From assembly GCA_963748815.1 (NCBI GenBank), contig CAVVKJ010000010.1, positions 448,001-512,000 on the forward strand: 64,000 nucleotides of DNA, written 5' to 3'. This DNA comes from an uncultured Gemmatimonadales bacterium (GTDB lineage Bacteria > Gemmatimonadota > Gemmatimonadetes > Gemmatimonadales > GWC2-71-9). Below the pieces are notes generated by a model. It worked only from the letters and a program-made list of their open reading frames with translations. It did no database searches and was not told where the DNA came from. A program made the translations under genes and the position numbers. Positions 61,994-64,000 of the stretch are shown here, in pieces (the stretch's first letter is position 1; each line of letters opens with the position of its first letter).

Positions 61994-64000
<2,007 letters not shown>

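Overview
A high-GC bacterial chromosomal segment made mostly of core genes. Gene content and order suggest Gemmatimonadota (inference, not verified by search). In order along the window: secD (5' part), the nusA-L7Ae-infB-rbfA-truB-ribF operon with no rimP in front, pgeF-like, a beta-barrel protein, murA, a Zn-phospholipase C cluster, the serS-histidine kinase-pcrA-gatCAB run, roadblock-manC-GlmU-like-MBL, groES-groEL with two CIRCE boxes, a PHM-like copper protein, a beta-barrel/NlpC-P60 fusion, a long minus-strand run (scpAB-rluB-moxR-DUF58-bat genes-mutL-miaA-bshA-uppP-birA-coaX-UbiA), rpsT, pyrRBC, msrPQ, two tRNA-Ser genes flanking a Ser/Thr kinase, a PQQ-repeat gene and an SPFH gene, then prfC, a fatty-acid hydroxylase, tadA and clpB (3' part). 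About 11 single-base indels break conserved genes (secD, gatA, groEL x5, pyrC, SPFH, two small genes). These most likely reflect assembly errors. No CRISPR array, integrase, transposase or prophage was seen. The least explained signal is non-coding. Both tRNA-Ser genes are followed, at nearly the same distance, by the same 17-18 nt motif and a GGTG-initiated stem. One copy encloses a ~165-nt structured element, the other includes a duplicated tRNA 3' end. Both loci are then followed by G-quadruplex-capable octamer arrays, and a related octamer forms an inverted repeat inside pcrA.
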